Positions 58,466 through 64,000 of a DNA stretch of 64,000 bases are shown here, piece after piece. The first letter of the stretch is position 1. Each line of letters starts with the position of its first letter. Source of the DNA: Neorhizobium sp. Its GTDB lineage: Bacteria; Pseudomonadota; Alphaproteobacteria; Rhizobiales; Rhizobiaceae. Location of the stretch: NCBI GenBank assembly GCA_052038935.1, contig JBQGDG010000081.1:24484-88483 (forward strand), read 5' to 3'. A program made the position numbers and the translations under genes. Under the pieces are notes generated by a model. The model was not told where the DNA came from and made no database searches. It saw only the letters and a program-made list of their open reading frames with translations.

Positions 58466-59338
58466 CTACCACGCGGTTGTCGAGAAGGCGTCGATCGGGA
58501 TTTTCAGATATCGCGACCCGTTGTTTTCCGCTTGCGGCAATCTTCCTGCGTTCAGATTGATCTGCAAAGCATGCAGCATCAGACGCGGAAACGGAAGTGT
58601 TGCGTCTCTCGCTTCCCTCAGGCGGATGAATTCCTCCCTGCCGCCTTGGACATGCGGGTTCTGATCTTTCTGGACGGCGACGGAGCTTTCCCAGAGCGCG
58701 GCGCGGCCGTCAGGCCGATAGTCATGGCCGGTGAAAAGCCGCGTATCATCGGGAAGAGCCAGGATCTCCTCGATCGAGGACCAGAGGCTGGCGGCACTGC
58801 CGCCGGGAAAGTCCGCTCTCGCGCTGCCGCTGTCGGGCATGAACAACGTATCGTGGATAAAGGCCGCGTCACCGACGACATAGGTGATCGAGGCCAGGGT
58901 ATGGCCGGGCGAATGGATGACGCGGCAGCTGAGATTGCCGATCGCAAAGCTCTCGCCGTGGGCGAAAAGACGGTCCCACTGGGATCCGTCCGTCTGCATG
59001 TCCGGCATGTTGTAGATCTTCTGCCAGAGTTTCTGGACTTCGACCACCTTCTCGCCGATCGCGATAGGCGCGCCGGTTTTCTCCTTGAGATAACTGGCGG
59101 CGGAAAAATGATCGGCGTGGGGATGGGTATCGAGAATCCATTGCGGCGTCAGTTGCCCGCGGTCGATGAAGGCGAGGATGTTGTCGGCATTGGATGTACC
59201 GGTGCTGCCGGACTTCTCGTCGTAGTCGAGCACCGGATCGATGATTGCGCACCGCCGGGTGTCGGGATCGGTCACGACATACTGGATACTGCCGGTGCGT
59301 TCGTCATAAAAGCTTTCTACAAATGGCTTGATACTCAT
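58466..59338 (-). CDS. Persulfide dioxygenase (ETHE1/Blh-type metallo-beta-lactamase fold)
   Basis: CAIIDPVLD, DTHPHADH, SPGHT, HDTLFMPD.G.ARADFPGG, GHDY, ALQINL..G, YLKIP. Confidence 0.88.
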   Translation of the reverse strand: MSIKPFVESFYDERTGSIQYVVTDPDTRRCAIIDPVLDYDEKSGSTGTSNADNILAFIDRGQLTPQWILDTHPHADHFSAASYLKEKTGAPIAIGEKVVEVQKLWQKIYNMPDMQTDGSQWDRLFAHGESFAIGNLSCRVIHSPGHTLASITYVVGDAAFIHDTLFMPDSGSARADFPGGSAASLWSSIEEILALPDDTRLFTGHDYRPDGRAALWESSVAVQKDQNPHVQGGREEFIRLREARDATLPFPRLMLHALQINLNAGRLPQAENNGSRYLKIPIDAFSTTAW

Positions 59339-61638
59339 GATCTGAAATCCGGATGATTAAATGCCTGCACGTTTGCGGCATAGTCCTTATCCACCTTCCT
59401 GACGAGAACAAGGCAGGTTTGCGCGCTGCAGCCTTGCGAGAGGGATGACGACGGAACATCCATTGTCACGGCATTCGGATTGCCGTGACGCTCCAGCTGT
59501 CGTTCGTGGTCCATGTCGAACCATGCGCCTGTGGACAGTCTTATGACACCGGGCATGATGGCGTCGGACATCACCACCGCGGAAATCAGCCGGCCGCGAT
59601 CGTTGTAGATCTCGACGAGATCGCCATCGGCAAGCCCGCGGGCGGCTGCGTCGGCCGGGTTCACACAGACCGGCTCTCTTCCCGCAACCTTGCCCTCCTT
59701 GCTGTGAGGGCTGGCATCCAGCTGGCTGTGGAGACGGCGCACCGGCTGGTCGGAGATGAGGTGAAGCTGCTGGTCGTCGCGGCGGTTGCCGAGCCATTCC
59801 GGTGGCTCGAACCAAGCCGGATGGCCGAAACAGTCGATCAGGTCGAAACCGGCGAGCGTTTCGGAAAAGATCTCGATCCTGCCGGACGGCGTTGGAACGG
59901 GATGTAGATGTGGCGCGCTTCGGAACTCCTCCAGCATCACCACCGGCTTTGCCCGCGGCATGAGGTCGACGATGCCCTCTTCCCAGAACCGGTCGAAATC
60001 CGGCATGGACACGCCCTTCGCCGCCGCGTTGGGTCGGGTCACGTCGTAAAGCCGGCGCAACCAGCCTTCCTCGTCGAGATTCTCGGAAAAGTTGACGCCC
60101 ATGCGCAGAGCGAGCCCATTGAAGACGTCGAAATCATTTCGCGCTTCGCCGAAAGGTTCGGCCACCTTGCGCATGGCGACAACGAGGTCCTCGCCGCCGG
60201 AGGACGAGATATCGTTACGCTCCAGGGGTGTGGTGACGGGCAGCACGATATCGGCGAGCTTGGCCGTCGGCGTCCAATAGGGTTCGTTGACGACGATCGT
60301 GTCGGGCTTCTCCCAGGCTTTCAGCAGCCTGTTGAGATCCTGATGGTGGTGAAAGGGGTTGCCGCCGGCCCAATAGACGAGCCGGATGTCCGGATAGGTA
60401 TAGCCCTTGCCGTTGTAGCTGAAATTTGCGCCGGGATTGAGCAGCATGTCGGCGATGCGGGCGACCGGAATGAAGGTCCTGACCGGATTCTCCCCTTGCG
60501 GAAAGGCGCCGGACTTGAAGCGGACATTGTCGTGACCCACGGAGTTGAGCGCGCCGTATCCCACCCCGAAGCCGCCTCCCGGGAGGCCGATCTGTCCGAG
60601 CATCGCGGCGAGTGTCACCAGCATCCAGAACGGCTGTTCGCCATGCACAGCCCGTTGCAGCGACCAGGATATGTTGAGCATGGTGCGACGGGATGTCATC
60701 TCGCGAGCCAGGGTCGCGATACGCCTTGCATCGATACCGCAGATCGGTTCGGCCCATTCAGGCGTCTTCGGGATGCCGTCGGACGCACCGGTGAGGTATT
60801 CGGCGAACTGGTCGTAGCCGACGCAGTGGCTCTGGAGAAATCCGGAATCCGCTCGCCCCTCTCCGTGGAGCACATACGCCAGGGCCAGCATCAACGCGAC
60901 GTCGGTATTGGGCCGGGTGGCGATCCACTCGCTCTTGACAGGCATGTTGTCGCTGACCGGACCGATATTGACGAAGCGCGTGCCGTTCTGCTCCATCGCC
61001 CGCATGCCCGCGACGACACGATGCCGGCCCGCGCCGCCCGATGACATCTGCGCATTCTTGACCGGTACGCCGCCGAAGGTGACGAACAGTTCGGTATGTT
61101 CTGCCATCACGTCCCAGGACGTGTGCTGATCGAGCAGGATTTCGGTGGACGCCACCGCATGCGGAAGGATGACCCTGCCGGCCGCAAGGCTGTAATTGTC
61201 GACATGGCTGACATAGCCGCCGATCAGATTAAGGAAACGATGAACTTGGCTCTGCGCGTGGTGGAAGCGTCCTGCGCTTGCCCAGCCGTAGGAACCGCCG
61301 AAAATGGCTTCGTTGCCATGCTCACGACAGACGCGATCCAGTTCGGCCGCCAGGAGATCGAGAGCTCTGTCCCACTCCACTTCGACGAAGGGTTCGCGGC
61401 CGCGCAGATGCGGATTTGCACCGGGACCTCCTTCCAGCCAGCTTTTTCGGATGGCCGGTCGCCGGATGCGCACATCCGTCAGATCCCTGGCGGCCATATG
61501 CACGCCGATCGGCGACGGATCGGGATCCTCTGCAATCCCCTCGATATGCAGGCCGGTCCCGTCGGCCTTTACCTGATAGACGCCCCAATGGGCAGATGTA
61601 AGTGTCCTACCCATCGATTTCGTCCGTCCGATGCTCAC
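59335..61638 (-). CDS. Cytoplasmic Mo-bisPGD S/N-oxide reductase (BisC/TorZ/DorA clade)
   Basis: SAHWG, GSYGW, Ser ligand in NYSLAA, WSLQRAVHGE, GGNPFHHHQD, RLHSQ; no Tat signal; GTGA/ATGA overlaps at both ends. Confidence 0.92.
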   Translation of the reverse strand: MSIGRTKSMGRTLTSAHWGVYQVKADGTGLHIEGIAEDPDPSPIGVHMAARDLTDVRIRRPAIRKSWLEGGPGANPHLRGREPFVEVEWDRALDLLAAELDRVCREHGNEAIFGGSYGWASAGRFHHAQSQVHRFLNLIGGYVSHVDNYSLAAGRVILPHAVASTEILLDQHTSWDVMAEHTELFVTFGGVPVKNAQMSSGGAGRHRVVAGMRAMEQNGTRFVNIGPVSDNMPVKSEWIATRPNTDVALMLALAYVLHGEGRADSGFLQSHCVGYDQFAEYLTGASDGIPKTPEWAEPICGIDARRIATLAREMTSRRTMLNISWSLQRAVHGEQPFWMLVTLAAMLGQIGLPGGGFGVGYGALNSVGHDNVRFKSGAFPQGENPVRTFIPVARIADMLLNPGANFSYNGKGYTYPDIRLVYWAGGNPFHHHQDLNRLLKAWEKPDTIVVNEPYWTPTAKLADIVLPVTTPLERNDISSSGGEDLVVAMRKVAEPFGEARNDFDVFNGLALRMGVNFSENLDEEGWLRRLYDVTRPNAAAKGVSMPDFDRFWEEGIVDLMPRAKPVVMLEEFRSAPHLHPVPTPSGRIEIFSETLAGFDLIDCFGHPAWFEPPEWLGNRRDDQQLHLISDQPVRRLHSQLDASPHSKEGKVAGREPVCVNPADAAARGLADGDLVEIYNDRGRLISAVVMSDAIMPGVIRLSTGAWFDMDHERQLERHGNPNAVTMDVPSSSLSQGCSAQTCLVLVRKVDKDYAANVQAFNHPDFRS

Positions 61639-62327
61639 TTCGCAGCCATGGGCTGCGCTTCGCGCCGCTGCAAGGCTTCGATGACGATGCGCGCGCCGTC
61701 TTCTATCGCGTGTTCGATCGCGTTCCGGGCCGCCTCCGCACGGCCTTCGTGCAGGGCCGCCAGGAGGTCCTCGTAGTTGTGATGCTCACTGGAATGCGAC
61801 TGGACCTCCGGATAGAGGTAGTTGAAGCCGGGCCCGGCTTTCAGCCACAGCATCTCGATGACGCCGAGCAGCGTCGGCATCCGCGCCGCGGTGTAGAGCA
61901 CGAAACGGAATTCCTTGTTCAGCGTCAGCGCCAGATGCTGGTCCTTGGCGGCCTTCGCTGCGAGGTATCGCGTAAGAAGCGCCTGCATGTCCTTGATCTC
62001 GGCTGCGCTGATCTGCGAGGCGGCCTTGAAGGCTGCCAGGCCCTCAACCGATTTGCGGATCTCGGCTATCTCCGAATATTGCGTTACCGACATGGTCGGC
62101 ACGCGGAAGGATTGGGCTGGCTCGGCGGTCAGTACGCCGGAAGCGGCGAACCGGACCAGGGCCTCGCGCACCGGTGTGATGCTCATGCCGAGCGTTTCCG
62201 CCAGTTCCTTGGTAACCAGCCGGGTACCCGGCTCCAGGCGGCCCTCGATAAGGGCGGCGCGAATTTCGTCCTCGACATGGGTAACGAGGCTCTTGCGGGG
62301 CGCGGCGGTAAACAATGCGGTACTCAC
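61635..62327 (-). CDS. GntR-family regulator (FCD effector domain)
   Basis: LEPGTRL..ELA..LGMSITPVREAL; FCD EIRKSVEG, NKEF, HHNYEDL; probable GTG start at 62327 after GAGG. Confidence 0.92.
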   Translation of the reverse strand: MSTALFTAAPRKSLVTHVEDEIRAALIEGRLEPGTRLVTKELAETLGMSITPVREALVRFAASGVLTAEPAQSFRVPTMSVTQYSEIAEIRKSVEGLAAFKAASQISAAEIKDMQALLTRYLAAKAAKDQHLALTLNKEFRFVLYTAARMPTLLGVIEMLWLKAGPGFNYLYPEVQSHSSEHHNYEDLLAALHEGRAEAARNAIEHAIEDGARIVIEALQRREAQPMAAK

Positions 62328-62359
62328 TTTGGCCTCTTCAGTGGAAAATTGCTCTTTTT

Positions 62360-62414
62360 TTATCACGATAACGGCAATGCCTACATCTTGATCACAAAGA
62401 ATATATCATATATC
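62360..62414. promoter_or_regulatory. Candidate GntR operator region
   Basis: TTATC-AC-GATAA, TCTTGATCACAAAGA and ATATAT-C-ATATAT palindromes in an AT-rich divergent spacer. Confidence 0.45.
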
Positions 62415-62497
62415 GTTCCAATATAAATAGCCCTTCGTCGCCGGCGGGTGCACGGTGGATCGACAATGTTGACAACTCCAGAGGAAGTGAAGGCCCC

Positions 62498-63985
62498 ATG
62501 AAAAATCTTGCTGCCCTAGCGCTTGCGGCATCCATGCTGTTGCCCGTCACCACGGCGGCCGTCGAGGCGGCCGATCTGACGGTCGGACGCGGAGCTTCCA
62601 CGACCGCAATGGATCCCGGCTTCCTTCGGGAAAGCGCAACCATCGTCGACAACATCTTCGACACGCTCGTGATGCGCGACAAGGAAATGAAACTCGTGCC
62701 CGGTCTTGCGACCTCGTGGACGGCGGTCGACGACACGACATGGGAATTCAAGCTGCGCGAAGGCGTCAAGTTCCACAACGGTGAAGCCTTCGACGCCGAA
62801 GCCGTCAAGTTCACGCTCGATCGTGTGCTCGATCCGGCGGCAAAATCCCCCACCGTTTCCTACATTCGCACAGTCGAGAGCGTCGAGGTCGTCGATCCTC
62901 TGACGGTGCGCATCAAGACCAAGGGCGCCGACCCCCTGCTCCCGACCCGCATGAGCCGTTATCCGGCCTACATCGTGCCGCCGAAATACGTCAAGGAAGT
63001 CGGCAACGACGTGTTCGCCACCAAGCCCGTCGGCACGGGTCCCTACAAGTTCGTCGAATTCGTTCCCGATCAGCACGTCATCCTCGAAGCCAACAAGGAC
63101 TACTGGCGTGGCGCTCCGTCGATCGACAAGGTCACCTGGCGTGCCATTCCGGACGGCACGGCGCGCATCACCGCGCTTTTGACCGGTGAAGTCGATCTCA
63201 TCGAGAACGTGCCGGTCGATATCGCCCCGATGGTCAAGGACAGCCCCGACGCCGATCTCGTACAGGTCAAGAACGGCGGTCTCACCATCTATCTCGGCCT
63301 CGTCATGAACGAGAAGCCGCTCGACAACGTCAAGGTTCGCCAGGCGCTCAACATGGCGATCGACCGCCAGTCGATCGTCACCAACATCCTGCAGGGCATG
63401 GCATCGCCGCGCGGCACGCAGGTCGGCGCCGCCGATTTCGGCTACAAGGATCTGGCCGTCCCGGCCTATGATCCCGAAAAGGCGAAGGCGCTGCTCGCCG
63501 AGGCCGGCCTGCCCGACGGTTTCAGCATCAAGATGCAGTCCACCCATCGCTATATGAAGGACGGCGAGGTCGCCCAGGCGATCGCCCAGCAGTTCGGCGA
63601 TATCGGCGTCAAGATCGATCAGGAAGTGCTCGACTGGTCGGTATATGTCCAGCAGGTGCCGCGCAAGGGACCGATTTTCATGCTCGGCTGGGGTTCAACG
63701 CAGACGCTCGATGCGGATGCCGCGGTCTACGCCATCTTCAAGACCGGCGAGCCCTATTCGACGGCTTCCATCCCTGAAATGGACAAGCTGCTCGACGAGA
63801 GCCGGGCGATCGTAGATCCCGCCAAACGTCAGGAAGTCCTGTCGCAGATTCAGGATCTGGCCGCCGAACAGGTACCGGTCATCCCGCTTTACCAGGAGGA
63901 CGCGCTTTACGGGAAGGCGAAGTCCGTTACCTTCGATGGACGGCCGGATGCACGTATCCCGGTTTTCGACATCAAGAAGCAGTAG
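62498..63985 (+). CDS. ABC substrate-binding protein, family 5
   Basis: Signal peptide ..VEA-AD; PGLATSW, FKLREGVKFHNG, GTGPYKF, VRQALNMAIDR. Confidence 0.95.
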   Translation: MKNLAALALAASMLLPVTTAAVEAADLTVGRGASTTAMDPGFLRESATIVDNIFDTLVMRDKEMKLVPGLATSWTAVDDTTWEFKLREGVKFHNGEAFDAEAVKFTLDRVLDPAAKSPTVSYIRTVESVEVVDPLTVRIKTKGADPLLPTRMSRYPAYIVPPKYVKEVGNDVFATKPVGTGPYKFVEFVPDQHVILEANKDYWRGAPSIDKVTWRAIPDGTARITALLTGEVDLIENVPVDIAPMVKDSPDADLVQVKNGGLTIYLGLVMNEKPLDNVKVRQALNMAIDRQSIVTNILQGMASPRGTQVGAADFGYKDLAVPAYDPEKAKALLAEAGLPDGFSIKMQSTHRYMKDGEVAQAIAQQFGDIGVKIDQEVLDWSVYVQQVPRKGPIFMLGWGSTQTLDADAAVYAIFKTGEPYSTASIPEMDKLLDESRAIVDPAKRQEVLSQIQDLAAEQVPVIPLYQEDALYGKAKSVTFDGRPDARIPVFDIKKQ

Positions 63986-64000
63986 TCGCTTATGACACGG

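Noticed and set aside
58466-59338. Metallo-beta-lactamase resistance gene
   Set aside because: No signal peptide, and the motifs match Blh/ETHE1 persulfide dioxygenases.
57329-59356. 675-aa plus-strand ORF
   Set aside because: Antisense shadow of the AraC and persulfide dioxygenase genes; no motifs; typical of GC-rich codon bias.
1-64000. CRISPR arrays, tRNA/rRNA, IS elements, integrases, prophage or defence genes, riboswitches
   Set aside because: No regularly spaced repeats, terminal inverted repeats or matching proteins were seen by eye. An Rfam/Infernal scan would be needed to exclude small RNAs.

Overview
GC-rich alphaproteobacterial DNA, Rhizobiaceae-like by gene repertoire (putR-putA, ExoP/ExoF-like export proteins, many ABC importers), probably from an accessory replicon or chromid. 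It has about 51 credible CDSs. I saw no rRNA, tRNA, CRISPR array, transposase or integrase. Left to right: (1) an aspartate 4-decarboxylase gene flanked by small secreted/envelope proteins; (2) a peptide-type ABC importer operon interrupted by a cytoplasmic PaoABC/YagTSR-like molybdenum hydroxylase, with a divergent XRE-cupin regulator; (3) a ~32 kb surface-polysaccharide locus (15.6-47.3 kb); (4) putR-putA; (5) a polyol (xylitol/sorbitol-like) ABC plus dehydrogenase operon with an AraC regulator; (6) a translationally coupled gntR, BisC-like S/N-oxide reductase and persulfide dioxygenase operon divergent from an ABC binding protein. The polysaccharide locus is the best candidate for an undescribed system. 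It combines a colanic-acid-like scaffold (WecA-type initiator, WcaI-like GT4, WcaF, pyruvyl transferase, Wzx, Wza, Wzc, Fcl, beta-helix protein) with a CDP-sugar/C-methyltransferase/class III aminotransferase/DUF4910/PIG-L cassette and an apiosidase-family (DUF4038) enzyme. It also carries its own regulators: a degenerate CheB-PAS-kinase-REC-REC-LuxR protein, two pseudo-receiver LuxR proteins and a recurring CCYATC(CG) intergenic motif. It has no recognisable Wzy, Gmd or canonical 4,6-dehydratase. All assignments come from motif recognition by eye; no database searches were run, so novelty is unverified.
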